A stretch of 64,000 nucleotides of DNA from an uncultured Nitrospiraceae bacterium (GCA_963706325.1 CAVPLT010000005.1:1-64000); one strand, 5' to 3'; counted from the first letter of the stretch, positions 50,429 through 61,318 are shown. Notes: generated from the letters alone by a model not told the origin. Translations and numbers: made by a program.

Positions 50429-51460
50429 TTATCTCCCCGACGGAGACAATCCGAGAGCTCGTGTTCGACTTTCTATTGCGCTGGAAAGCAGAGACACAAT
50501 TCTATTTTCGGCCCAAAACCGATCCTCTCCTGGGCGACCTTTTTGAAGAAATCCACAATGCCCGCCGTACCGCGATAGTATCGTCGTGATGTTCGGATTG
50601 CACCTGACCGCCGGTATGTCGAATATGGAGACGGGAATGAAGGGATCATCCTGCGCGGTCATCACCACTGTGGGAACAGCAATGTTGTGCAGTACGTGAC
50701 GGGCTCCAGCACGATCATAGTAATCGGCCACATTGGCATACCCTCCGTTCCGGGCAGTGTAACAGGCATCGAACTGAGTGATGGTCTTGATCGCCCTCAG
50801 TGGGGTCAGGTCCCATTCGTTCGGAAAGAGTTTTGCCTTTCGTCTCATTCGAGCCTTGAGGGCGGAGAGGAAGTGATAATGATAAAGCCAATTTTCGGGC
50901 TGTTCCAAGGCAGCGACGCAGCGTGTCAGATCAATGTTCGGACTGACTGCCACCACGCCCGCCAATGCCGGCTCAGACCCGCCCATTTCACCCGCGGCCT
51001 TTAGAACAAGATTCCCGCCCATCGAATAGCCCACGAGCCAGATGTTAACCAGCCCTTCCCTTGCGGCGAGTTCACGGACAATCGTTCGATAGTCGCTGCT
51101 GAGACCGCTGTTATAGAGCGTGGGTGTAAGGTGGTCGGTGCCTCCGCAAGTACGCTGATTCATCCGTATGACGTTGAAGCCTGCTCTGTAGGCTTTAGAC
51201 GTAATTCCGCGCATGTAGTGAGAGTCTGCGCATCCTTCTAATCCGTGGACTAGCAGGATGGTCGGCGAGGCCCTGGGGTTGTCTTGCCAATGGCAGAATC
51301 CCAAGAGCTGGGTGTCTTCTTCTACGGTGAAGAGGCGCACGCTTGATGGGATACGCCGCCTAGAATGGTTGCGGGGCCAATACCGAGGCACCAGCGTCAT
51401 GAGATGTGGGTTGCGAAGCAGGAGAGGGGGAACGAAGTCATTCATCAGGTTCATTCCCAT
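50429..51460 (-). CDS. YheT-family alpha/beta hydrolase (esterase)
   Basis: NPHLMT, HGLEG, GYSMGG, AQDDPF, GGHCGF. Confidence 0.88.
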   Translation of the reverse strand: MGMNLMNDFVPPLLLRNPHLMTLVPRYWPRNHSRRRIPSSVRLFTVEEDTQLLGFCHWQDNPRASPTILLVHGLEGCADSHYMRGITSKAYRAGFNVIRMNQRTCGGTDHLTPTLYNSGLSSDYRTIVRELAAREGLVNIWLVGYSMGGNLVLKAAGEMGGSEPALAGVVAVSPNIDLTRCVAALEQPENWLYHYHFLSALKARMRRKAKLFPNEWDLTPLRAIKTITQFDACYTARNGGYANVADYYDRAGARHVLHNIAVPTVVMTAQDDPFIPVSIFDIPAVRCNPNITTILSRYGGHCGFLQKGRPGEDRFWAENRIVSLLSSAIESRTRALGLSPSGR

Positions 51461-51992
51461 CCATCTTAAAGGAAAGTCACCGTCTAGTGGAATTGTTTCG
51501 CCTAATGATTGGGGCTATGATCAGGAGTCATGAGGTGGCTGTCGATGAATTGGCCATGTCCGGTATGGCCGGTTCCAACCGAGAAGGTGGGGAGGGTCGT
51601 ATAGTGGAGACGTCCGGGATCTGTGGCCAGGCTATCCGAGTATGGACCGCGGAAGAATATTTTTAATTATTGGTCGAAGGGGCTTTTTATGCAACGACAC
51701 AACCACAGCAAAGAACGTACCCCTCCAGCTGTCGCTATGGCCCCCAGTCTGGCATGCCGACTGATTCAGCCACCCTTGGATCGGCTCGCACTGAGTGGCG
51801 CCTCTTAGGTCGGAACAAGGTTTTTCTCACTCAACATCCCTCCACGTAGCTGGCGATTGGATCTTCTATGACTTGACGAAGATCACCACAAGCCTTTGGC
51901 AGCTTTTTATGATGAGCGAATGAACCTTGCCCGAGGCCGATGCATGCCGGCTTGGCAGCAACTTTTCAATGATGCCGAGGACATTGATGGGT

Positions 51993-53777
51993 TCACATAC
52001 TTCGACCAGCCTTAACCTTCTCGGATTCCAAATTCTGTGAGTCAGTTCCCATGCCAGACGATCGGAACGCTTGGCAAGACTTAAGATACTCGAGGATGGT
52101 CGGCTTCGAGACCTTCAAGGCCTGGAAGGCGTGTCGGATTAAGGTATGAGCCCCCTCGACCTCAGGCAGGATGACTTCCGTTGCTCCCACGTCTTTCAGG
52201 TCTTCAGCCTCGCGAAAGCCATGCGCTCGGGCAAGAAGAGGGGTGCTCTCGTTGAGCTCGCGGAGTCGTCGAAGGGTAAGGGCGGCCTCGTGGATCAATG
52301 GAAGCGCCACAATCACCAGCGCCGCGTGTTGGGCGCCGGCCGCTTTCAGTAATTCCATTTGGGATGCGTCCCCGTAGACGCAGGAAATTCCGCGTCGACG
52401 TAACTGACGAACGTTCTCTGGGTCGCGCTCAATCACGGTGTACGGAAGCTCAAAATGATCGAGGGCGAGCCCCACCGTGCTGCCCATGCGACCAAAACCA
52501 CAGAGCACTACATGTCCGGCTTGGTCGTCAGGAACCCCCCCTTGAATCGGTAAGAAGGCTCGTCCCATTTTGAAGTGCAATGTAGCGATCCACCCCGGCG
52601 CATACCGAACGAGAGGCGCGTTGAGGAGAATACTCAGCAGCGAAGCGGCCAGGGTGGCATTGTAAACATCCTCGCTCACCTGGCCTGCCGTTTTGGCGAC
52701 CTGCACCAACACGAAGGAAAACTCTCCGATCTGCGTGAGACCGACACCCACAAGTAGGGCCGTGCCCCAAGTATAACGAAACAGTCTCACCACCAGCGTC
52801 CAAATGATGAATTTTCCCCCGATAATCAGTCCTAGCATGAGGCCTAGCAGTGGTAGGTTGGCCCATACCACGCGCGGATCGATCAGGATACCGATTGTCA
52901 CAAAGAAAAGCGCCACGAACGCGTCGCGTAGTGAAAGAAGACGGGCTAGCGTTTCATGACCATATTCCGACCCGCTAATGATCAATCCTGCCAGAAACGC
53001 GCCGAGTGCCAGGGATAAACCCGCCAACTGAGTCACGGCTGCCGTCCCGATACCAATAGACAGAGCTACCAATAGAAAGAGTTCCGCATTTTGCGTCCTC
53101 GCGATGCGAGTCAGCAACGGCGGAATAGCTTTGGCCGCGAGATACCCGAAAGGAACCAAAATCAGGACCGCTAGCCATAAGGCCTTCCCAATGGTTGCAA
53201 AGCGGCCCGGTTCCAGAGCGCCGAGCGCCGGGATCAGCACGGTGAGCGCGACCACCGCCAGGTCTTCCACAAGGGTGATCCCGATCATTACCCTGCCATG
53301 CTTGGCACGCAAGTCTCCGCTGTCCAGAAGCAAGCGCGCCAGAACCATCGTGCTGGCCACGGATACCACCGACCCGATTACGACGCTTTGAATCCAACTC
53401 CAACCCACCACATGGCCAAGACCGACGGAGAGGAGAATGGAAAGAAAGATGCCGAGTGGCCCTCCCAGTAGGGCGACCCAGCGAACCCGCAACAAATCGT
53501 TCAGGGAAAATTCAATGCCGATGCAGAACATCAGCAGGATCACGCCAATCTCGGCAAACAATTCGAAACTATGAACATCCGAAATGGAGGGACCGGGAGT
53601 CAGGGGGCTGATCAAAATCCCGCCGAAGACATATCCAAGAATCAGCGGTTGACGAAGGAGATAAGCGGAGGAGCCACCTAGGACGGCGGCAGTAAAGACG
53701 TAAGCGAGATCTCGGAAGAAAATGGGATCAGGGGCCATGGGTCTTCTCACATAGAAGGCCGTACTTTGGTGCAGCAT
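51993..53777 (-). CDS. CPA2 cation:proton antiporter with TrkA-N/RCK domain (YbaL/Kef-like)
   Basis: AEIGVILLMF.IG.EFS, ASTMV, QIGEFSF, CGFGRMG, YGDAS. Confidence 0.9.
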   Translation of the reverse strand: MLHQSTAFYVRRPMAPDPIFFRDLAYVFTAAVLGGSSAYLLRQPLILGYVFGGILISPLTPGPSISDVHSFELFAEIGVILLMFCIGIEFSLNDLLRVRWVALLGGPLGIFLSILLSVGLGHVVGWSWIQSVVIGSVVSVASTMVLARLLLDSGDLRAKHGRVMIGITLVEDLAVVALTVLIPALGALEPGRFATIGKALWLAVLILVPFGYLAAKAIPPLLTRIARTQNAELFLLVALSIGIGTAAVTQLAGLSLALGAFLAGLIISGSEYGHETLARLLSLRDAFVALFFVTIGILIDPRVVWANLPLLGLMLGLIIGGKFIIWTLVVRLFRYTWGTALLVGVGLTQIGEFSFVLVQVAKTAGQVSEDVYNATLAASLLSILLNAPLVRYAPGWIATLHFKMGRAFLPIQGGVPDDQAGHVVLCGFGRMGSTVGLALDHFELPYTVIERDPENVRQLRRRGISCVYGDASQMELLKAAGAQHAALVIVALPLIHEAALTLRRLRELNESTPLLARAHGFREAEDLKDVGATEVILPEVEGAHTLIRHAFQALKVSKPTILEYLKSCQAFRSSGMGTDSQNLESEKVKAGRSM

Positions 53778-54001
53778 AGCATGAACGAGCGCTGACTGAT
53801 GCGATAAGTGAAATGATAAAGGATTGTTTGATGGGGCGATCGCGCTGAATATTTAGCCATTATCAGTCATGGCGGTTTGCATCGCGCAGTTCCTCCGTTG
53901 TTTGATCAGTAGTGCTGTTTTAGCAGCTTATGTAATGACTCTATATGAGCTGATGAATAGCCGCGATAGATAGGAGGCATAAGTTGAATGAAAATGTCTG
54001 A

Positions 54002-54064
54002 CGAAAGGAACGGCGTAATGGCGATTGCACCTGCCGGAGCAATTTGCGAACTTTGCACGCGTGT
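54002..54064 (+). pseudogene. 5' relic (RBS + first codons) of a large serine recombinase related to the one at 62362
   Basis: 49/63 nt identical to 62346-62408. MAIAPAGAICELCTRV vs MPVTPAPTICGLYTRV. Confidence 0.75.
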
Positions 54065-54118
54065 CCCTATGTAAGCTCCCGTAGATCGAGACAGTCATTA
54101 GTAGAACTTTCTGGCACA

Positions 54119-55350
54119 TGACGGTGGCCCCATACTGAGACGGTTCTTAACCAGAGTAGACGGCCTCTTCGACGATCGGTTGTCGCTGACGTTGTGCGAC
54201 ACACTCACGTGGGGTCAGGTGCCCAAGCGAGCTGTGAGGCCGACGCTGATTGTAGTCCACGCGCCAGGCTTCGATAATGGCCTGGGCCTCGGCCAGCGAA
54301 GCGAACTGGTGCACGTTCAAACACTCGTCTCGTAGGCGCCCGTTACACGATTCAATAAAGGCGTTTTTCACGGGTTTGCCCGGTCGAATGAAGTCCAACT
54401 GCACACCGCGCCGATAGGCCCAATCCTCCCAGGCTCGCGATTGAAATTCCGTCCCATGATCGACCGTGATCGAGCGAGGCACCGCTGGTATGTCCAGCAC
54501 ACGATCCAGCACCTGACCGACCGTCTGTCCCGTCATCCGAAACCCTGCCTCTAGTAGGGGACTGTGCCGACTCCAATTATCCACGACCGTCAAGATCCGA
54601 AACGGCCGCCCATCGGCCAGCGTATCATGGACAAAATCCATGCTCCAGCGCTCGGTCGGGCCCACCGGGACTGGAGCCGGGCCTCGGTGCAATGCGATAT
54701 GTTTTCGTCTCCGCACCCGCATCCGTAGCTGTAATCCATCGAGGCGGTAGAGCCGCCGGACGCGTGTGCGATTCACCGGCCAGCCCTCGCGACGCCGTAA
54801 CACCCCGATGCGCATGGAGCCAAATCGAGGTCGGGCATGGGCCAGATCGCGAATGCGCAACCGTCATGCGGACTGAGCCTTAGCCCGACGCCGGCGATAC
54901 CAAGAGGCTCGGCCGAATTGCGCCAACCGACAGGCCCGCAGGCAACTGACGCGGAAGGTATCTTGAAACCAGCCAGCCAGTTCTCGACGGCGTGCGGGCC
55001 TTAGACTTTTTTTCGCAGGGCCTCCGACAGCATATGTTTATCGAGCGAGAGGTCTGCCACTAGCCGTTTGAGTCGGGCGTTTTCCTCTTCCACCTGGCGC
55101 AACCGACGGAGCTCGCTCACGCCCAGATGCGCATACTTCTTTTTCCAGGTGTAGCAGGTGGCCTCGCTGACGCCGAGCTGCCGACAGAGGTCGCCAGTCG
55201 GGGTCCCACTCTCGGCTTGCCGCATGGCATAAACGATCTGCTCTTCAGAGCATCGTGACCGCTTCATCGATCCACTCCTTTCGTCGAGGACCGCCGCAGC
55301 CGCCATGTTACTCTCGTTTTGATCTGCCGTCGCTTTCCGGGGAGACGTCA
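54119..55350 (-). mobile_element. IS3-family (IS407-like) insertion sequence, 1232 bp, degenerate
   Basis: Imperfect terminal IRs TGACGGTGGCCCCATACTGAGACGG / TGACGTCTCCCCGGAAAGCGACGG. Contains orfA and orfB. No target duplication seen. Confidence 0.85.
54147..55267 (-). pseudogene. IS3 transposase orfA/orfB with internal stop
   Basis: orfA (55001-55267, MKRSRCSEEQI) ends at an A7G -1 frameshift motif. orfB has WSMDF, DHGTEF and IESCNGRLRDE but an in-frame TGA at 54864-54866. Confidence 0.85.
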
Positions 55351-55351
55351 C

Positions 55352-55399
55352 AGGCTAGTACAGCACGGTCAGGAGGGTGCCTGCGTGCAGTTTATGTCT
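55352..55399 (+). pseudogene. internal relic of the same recombinase as 54002-54064
   Basis: RLVQHGQEGACVQFMS vs RLVKQPQESACVQFMF at ~62885-62933. Confidence 0.7.
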
Positions 55400-56480
55400 G
55401 TTCCTTCGATCAATATGCAAGCAGAGTAAACGGAAAACATACGTTGCCGCCGTGCGGGAGACCGCCAGACAAGGGTTAATGGCCCACGGCCACCTGTCGG
55501 CTATCGAGCGGTGGAAGTGCCGCCCCCTCAGCAATAAGGCATGAAAAAACAGTTGGAAGTGGAGGAAAGTGAAGTGGTCGTGGTCAATCGGATCCTTCGA
55601 TGGTACCTGCATGTAGATCGGGGCAAGAGCTTGACTTATATGGGGTAGCTGCCTGCTTGAATGAGCAGGGAATCCTTGTTCTGGGCCGTCGATGAAGCAA
55701 GGGCGCATCTGTGAGGTCCTTAACCAACCGCGCCTATATCAGGGAGCACTATTTCAATAAATACGAAAAGCGAGGCGGGGATGTTCGGAGAATGACGCCG
55801 CGTGCGGAATCGGTGTCGGTCAAAGTCTTGTCAATCGTAGCCGGCGATCTTCTTGGCCTTGAAAGAGAAGTTGCAGTCACGATCCCTTCAGCGTGTTGCG
55901 CCACGGGATGTCAATTGTCCTACGTTGCTCAGGAGGCTTCTCAAGTGTGGGGTTTGTGTGGCGGGGATGATGCTGGCAACGGGCAAAGGCGGAGAATATC
56001 GCTATGACGAATGTTCGAGCAGGATTCACAAGAGGAAGGACATCTGCACCAGCAAAAGACTTGCCGAGAGAGCTGGTTGACCGGCTGATCCTTTCATCCT
56101 TGGCTGATCGAGTCTTGACGCTCACACGAGTCCGCACCAGGTTGGAAGGGTTGAGGAAGGGTCTGAAGCGGTCGCAATCCGACCAGGAGGGCAACTTCAA
56201 ACAACTGACCATGGAAGTGGAACGTCTGCAGCCGAGCAGCAAACAGCTCTAGGAGCAGGGAAGAGAAGAGGTACAGCTCTTTACCAGGATTCCACGGGGG
56301 CGTTTGCCTGAAAAGGGTCGGATTTCAGCAAGAAGTATCTCAAGCCTCTCGTCGAGAAGACTCGGTACCTCGGCAAACAGCTGGTGCTGAAGGGCAGCTA
56401 TGCAGCGCTTGCCAGAATAGTAGGTGAGAAAAAGGACGCCCCACAGAGTGAAGTGCCCAGTTTCGGTCTAGGTTGGCTCC
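55400..56480 (+). pseudogene. fragmented large serine recombinase (second, distinct lineage)
   Basis: Across frames: FDQYASRVNGKHTL, KQLEVEESEVVVVNRI, LTNRAYI, LLKCGVC...YRYDECS, LPRELVDRLIL, GSYAALA...VPSFGLGWL. Confidence 0.75.
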
Positions 56481-56484
56481 ACGG
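56470..56484 (+). repeat. putative att site, direct repeat of the tRNA-Asn 3' end region
   Basis: aggttggctcc(a)cgg vs aggttggctcc(c)cgg at 63864-63878. Confidence 0.65.
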
Positions 56485-56657
56485 ATTGTATCCCAGTCGG
56501 ACCCTTCAATTTGAGTTATTGCGCGGCGCAAACGCAACCTAGAATCATAAGGTTTCTGTCCGGAAACAAATAGAAAACGGAACCACGGATAACTCAGCAG
56601 GTCGCAACTCTGAACCATGGTCCGACAGTAGAGGCTACCAAGGGCAATCCCATCATC

Positions 56658-58046
56658 TCATGCCCTTCCCCTCACACTACCTGTGGCGGCCTGTTCTTCA
56701 ATCCCTGGTCGATGAGGATCAAGCGCTTTCAGATCGATCTGATCGGCTAGATGTGCTGCAAGAAACCGGTGGAATGCTGGGCTGTAGTGCAGCTCATCCA
56801 CGACGGCCTTTCGGTGGTGGCCCCAGGTTTCGAAGAGCTCGCCTAAGTAGAGGATGTCTGGATCATGACGCATTCGGGTATAGGTTCCTTCTGCAATGGA
56901 GCGCCATTCAAAGAAATCCTCGGGCAAGGACCGCCGGTAGAGCGCCGGCGGGTAATTAAAGACCGCATGGGGCTGCAGCGCGAAGAGCGGCGTCACGGAA
57001 TACAGCTCAGCGATGGCCTTCGCCAAAGCGCGATTCTGACGAAACATATTGACTTGATAATTCACCACCTGCGCATCCGCCAGGCTTTCTCGCTCTGCCA
57101 CGGTCAGGGAGTGATGCTCTTGCAGGTGAGAGCTCAAGGATCTAGCCAGCCGTACAAAGGGGATCCATCGTAACGTGTCTAAGACGGGGCGGTGAGCCTC
57201 CTCGACCTCCCCAGCGAACTGCAAATTGTGAAACTGGGCTTTGATTCGGTCGTAAAACTCGGGTAGGTCCTGCGTTTCGCCGGTATTGACCCCGTCTAAG
57301 AAGATCGCCACCTGAGGGCGTTGACCACTTTTCAGGAGGTCCATGAGCAGAACCGTCTCTTGGCTTGGATAATAGTAGCCTCGCCCATAGTTGACGACTT
57401 CGATATGGAATCCTAACGACTGAGCACGAGCTCGCTCATTCAGGATTTGGGAAAGATAGGTGGGCCACGTCTGTTCATCGGAGACGTTATAACCGAATGT
57501 CGTACTCCCCCCCAGTGCGAAGACTTTTACGACAGGTAATTTTAGTGCGTTGACGGGGTTGATGGTACGCCGCGTCAAGAATCCTCTAGGGTCCGGTTCA
57601 ACAGTGACTCGCTTGCCCTGGAACGCCGGTTCAGCAAACTCCACCCAGGGTTGATAGGTCATGCCTGCCTTCCCGAGGTCATAAAAATCGTCCAACACAT
57701 CGGCCACATACGCAGGATCACTTTCACCGTAGGCCTGGAAATCAATCCACGCCATCTGATACTCATTTCTTTTCGCTGTGGAAACAGGGGATCCATCGGG
57801 GTTGAAACGGGGAGCCGCTGCGACATTCAGTGCGGCCGTGGCCTCATTGCGGGAGGACCGGGCATCCCGTATCGCATAGACTATGCCCAGCGCTAAGTTG
57901 GCGGCGATTAGTAGAACGATGATGTCGAGGAGGACCACCGCCGTCGTCACATACCGCTGAAACAATGTGCGCCCGGTCAGTCGGCGCACACCACTGAGCA
58001 GAGCAGTCACCCGCGATTCAACAGACCGAGGAAAATGTATATCCAT
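56658..58046 (-). CDS. membrane-anchored SGNH/GDSL hydrolase-like protein (cargo)
   Basis: GGSTTFG, NYGRGYY, DGVN, DELH blocks and an N-terminal TM. Confidence 0.8.
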   Translation of the reverse strand: MDIHFPRSVESRVTALLSGVRRLTGRTLFQRYVTTAVVLLDIIVLLIAANLALGIVYAIRDARSSRNEATAALNVAAAPRFNPDGSPVSTAKRNEYQMAWIDFQAYGESDPAYVADVLDDFYDLGKAGMTYQPWVEFAEPAFQGKRVTVEPDPRGFLTRRTINPVNALKLPVVKVFALGGSTTFGYNVSDEQTWPTYLSQILNERARAQSLGFHIEVVNYGRGYYYPSQETVLLMDLLKSGQRPQVAIFLDGVNTGETQDLPEFYDRIKAQFHNLQFAGEVEEAHRPVLDTLRWIPFVRLARSLSSHLQEHHSLTVAERESLADAQVVNYQVNMFRQNRALAKAIAELYSVTPLFALQPHAVFNYPPALYRRSLPEDFFEWRSIAEGTYTRMRHDPDILYLGELFETWGHHRKAVVDELHYSPAFHRFLAAHLADQIDLKALDPHRPGIEEQAATGSVRGRA

Positions 58047-58494
58047 AGTCCGCTCCTTCGTGCCTGTCCCAGCATAATTACCGTCTCACGATAAGGTGCT
58101 GAAGACTAGTCCCAAAAAGAGTTATGCTCTTCGGGGTTACACCCGGGTACTTCAAAAGGGGGAATCTGCTATAAGGGCTAGGCCTGGCTCACGAAGCTAT
58201 CAGTTCTTCATACATCCACGTCTCACGTCCATCTGAGGCATTTTCCCTCTTTAGAGGCGTGCCGTACCGTTTGCCCACCACCTCCACAACCTCGCCTTGT
58301 AAAACGCTAGGTATGTATGTTGTCCAAATAGCCCCCCAAACTATATCCGTTACGAACCCTGAGGTTTGAGCTCTCTACGGGCCGCCGCCATACCCAGACA
58401 ATAAAATAATGACTTACTGAATTTAAGTATGACCTCCTTGCGATTGCCCGAACTGTTACGCGGTCCCGTACTCCACTGAGTTGGCCGCAGCGAC

Positions 58495-59200
58495 TCAGGC
58501 TTGAAGAATCGGCTCCCAAGGGCTGCCAAGATGATCGGCGTGAAACCGATCACGGCGGCATAGACCAGCAGGCCCGCATTGCCGATCACCCCGTTTTTGT
58601 AGAAGACCGTAGCCCACGAAAAGCAGGACATGCGTGACGGCTCCGGCGCCGAACGCCACGCCAACGACCTTGCCGCTGTACGGTCCGCGAATTGCGCAGG
58701 CGTAAATGACCCAGACGGACAACGGAATAAACAAGCATGACGCTACTCCATAGGCCGGTGTTGTAGCCGCCCTGCAAGATGCCCCCCGCGGTGTGCAGCA
58801 AGTCCGTTGGCAAAGATCAATCCCCAAAAGCTAAGGCCGATGAGAACGTTGCGCCTGCCGAGGTATGCCGCTAGCGGTGCCCCGAACCACATGAGGGCGA
58901 TGTTCACCACCGGGTAGAAGGCCAGCGGAATCGGGCAGTCCGGGTACGGCGGAAAGCCCAGATTCTTGCAGATCATCCCCTGGATTGAGTAGTCGAACCC
59001 AGCACCGGCAGGCTGTATTCCTCGAACTGATGAACCAGGTAGAGCGGCGTGGCGAGCCACCCCAGCCACACTGCATCACGCCATCGCGATACCTTGGTGT
59101 TGCCCCGGAATGTGTCGGTCGTCAGCAGGATGGCGACCATCGGGATTATTCCACCCAACCCTATGAACGGCCAAAAGGTGTAGAACCAGTGTGGTTGCAT
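58495..59200 (-). pseudogene. HXXEE-domain membrane protein, frameshifted
   Basis: LYLVHQFEEY, then YPVVNI, GYNTGLWSS and FIPLSVW in successive frames (about 3 shifts). Confidence 0.7.
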
Positions 59201-59523
59201 GGTGGCTCCCTATTGTTGCAGTGCGTTCCGTTAGGCCGATGACTCGTTAAAATAGCGTTTAGCCCTTAGTTTACAACTGTCAGAAGTGACAGGTGGTATT
59301 GCCGATTGTCTTTTTGTTGATCGGATGCTCTTCGGAATCTCATCACTCGACAATGAGTTAGATTTCCTTGCTACCCTTCTTTTACTAATCCTAGGTTTAG
59401 AAGAGAAGCTCACGGAGGGGGAAGGAAAATGTATATAGAGCTTGTCGAAGACGAAAAAGTAGGAAGCTTAATATCACTTTGAAAGGTGCTGACTCCCTGG
59501 ACTGGACAAAGACCCGAATTACC

Positions 59524-59798
59524 CTTGATCCTACTTTGACCATATAGATCAAGTGAAGCGGGGGCTGCGCCCCCGAGCCCCCCGGCCGTCCGGCCCCGGC
59601 AGTCCGGAGCGGCCGGCGGGCCTTCGTGGTCCGCATAATCTGCGTCTGTGTGATAACCCTGGTCATGGATGTCTCTATTCTTCAAACCTACTAGTGCGGT
59701 GACTCGCCATGGGGACGGCCAAGCTACGCATCGCCGTCATCATTTGATATTACCGTTCATTAGCCTCCCTCACACCCCCTGAAAGCCATCAGGGGGTG
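59524..59798. other. cluster of hairpins, candidate rolling-circle origin (dso/sso)
   Basis: cttgatc/gatcaag (59524-53), cgggggc-tgc-gcccccg (59559-75), ccggccg..cggccgg (~59582-59615), caccccctga/tcagggggtg (59773-98). An AT-rich tract lies just left. Confidence 0.45.
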
Positions 59799-59823
59799 AG
59801 CGGGTGCGCTGTAAGAGAGGAGC

Positions 59824-60091
59824 TCACGGTGAAGCGGTTAGAGACGGAATTTGCGTGCTCGTGAGTCCCGCGCAGGAGCAACAGAGCCAATATCTCTGTG
59901 CGACGCCGTCGCTCTGGTAGCAGATGCGACCCCACACCCGATCAGCCTGACAGAACTCACAGAGCCGTTCTTTGCTGTGTCTCAGAGCAGAGCCAGCCCT
60001 TCCGAGCCCGATCATAAACCGCACCAGTTCGTCCGCAACAGGTGGGACCGAACAGGGAATTGATTGTTCTGACGCACGTATTGCAGCTCAT
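59824..60091 (-). CDS. small Cys-rich (Zn-finger-like) protein, one frameshift
   Basis: ATGA overlap with the Rep stop. MSCNTC...TCCG...WLC then CEFC...WLCCSC. Confidence 0.45.
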
Positions 60092-60838
60092 GGCTGACTC
60101 GAAGTCAGGCCTTTGCCGAGGATGAGTTGCAAAATAAACCCGTTATAGAGAATCGCATGACCTGCCAGCAGGTCTTCCCAGGTTTTGACCAGCACGACGC
60201 GAGGGATTTCTAATTCCCCTCGAATCCGACGGAAGACATTACGGCTGGACCATTGGTTTCTCATCTCTTCCCACAGAGTGCTCATCGGGAAGCCCAGCGA
60301 GCGCTTCCAGGACCAACACATGTTGACGTACCCGGATTGATCCTGGACATACTGGCTGATGACATATCGGCTCAAGCGATTGCGAGACCGTTGACCCGCC
60401 TCATAGGCCTTAATCCAGACCACTGGGGCGCCATGCAGGGCTTCCCACTGGGCGGAAAGCCAGGCTGGGCAATCCAGAAGCGCCGATGACGTTCGCCATC
60501 TGGGACCCGCCAAGCCCAAAAGATATGCAGCACTCCATGGCCCTCTTCTGTGCGCACTTGGTAATATTCCAAACCTCGATACCCGAGCTGGCGCTCGATT
60601 CGTTGGCGAAGTTGCTTGTGATGATAGGTCAGTTTGTCGGCCTGTCCGCCGTCCGCCGTAGAGAGCGTGACCCAGAGCACCTGGAACTGATGGGCTTCCC
60701 AAAACCACAAGAGCGAGCGAATCCGCTGATAGCCTCGCTTCTGCTTACGGGACCATTCCGGTCTCGACAGGACGACGACCGGATGGCTAAGGCATCTGAG
60801 GATTTGACTCGAACCGAGAGGAGTATCGGCTCAGACAT
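60088..60838 (-). pseudogene. rolling-circle replication initiator-like (HUH) protein, frameshifted
   Basis: Motif I WVTLST, degenerate motif II EEGHGVLHIFW, W...HG, motif III LSRYVISQY. Split over ORFs 60372..60710 and 60088..60708. Confidence 0.55.
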
Positions 60839-61089
60839 GAAAAGTCTCCAGCGGTGAGGGTTGGGACGAGAGAGCCGGTAGAAGCGGCTCTCTGGGGTAA
60901 GTGAAAGGACCGCAGGCTCTGACGCGAGCCGTCGCGCCCCTGGAGAAGCAGCAGACCGCAACAAGTAGGTGCGAGGCTTCTTCACGCGCCTGCGGATCGA
61001 TTGGAACGAAATGAATTTCAATGTTCATTGTGATGCCCATTGGGCAACATATCGGTACAGCAAGGACTCTAGGGTCCAATGTGAATTCG

Positions 61090-61302
61090 GTCTGTAACTG
61101 AAACAGTTCATCGACGGTGCAGCCGAAAATACTGCGCCAGTTGCAAGGCCACGAGGAGGCTGGGAACTGCCTTTCCCTGCTCAAGCTCTGGTGACATAGG
61201 AACGGTTCACCCGTATTCTTCGCGCAAGGGCAGCCTTTGATAGGCCGCGTTGAGCTTGCCGGGCTCGCCATTCTTTAAGGTGGTTCTTAACATCATCATC
61301 AT
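61090..61302 (-). pseudogene. small XRE/Cro-like HTH protein, frameshifted
   Basis: KNHLKEWR..LSKAALARRIRVNRSYVTR / LEQGKAVPSLLVALQLAQYF / GCTVDELFQL. GGAGG RBS. Confidence 0.7.
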
Positions 61303-61318
61303 CCTCCTCCGTGCGGGC

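Noticed and set aside
51460..54000. A further att copy marking the outer island boundary
   Set aside because: No convincing match to aggttggctcc found by eye, so inclusion of the antiporter in the island is unsupported.
54864..54866. In-frame TGA in IS orfB as selenocysteine or programmed readthrough
   Set aside because: Other conserved residues are also degraded. A simple nonsense mutation is more likely.
58100..58490. Possible decayed small lipoprotein gene (GTPLKEENASDGRETWMYEE on minus strand)
   Set aside because: Too fragmentary to support.
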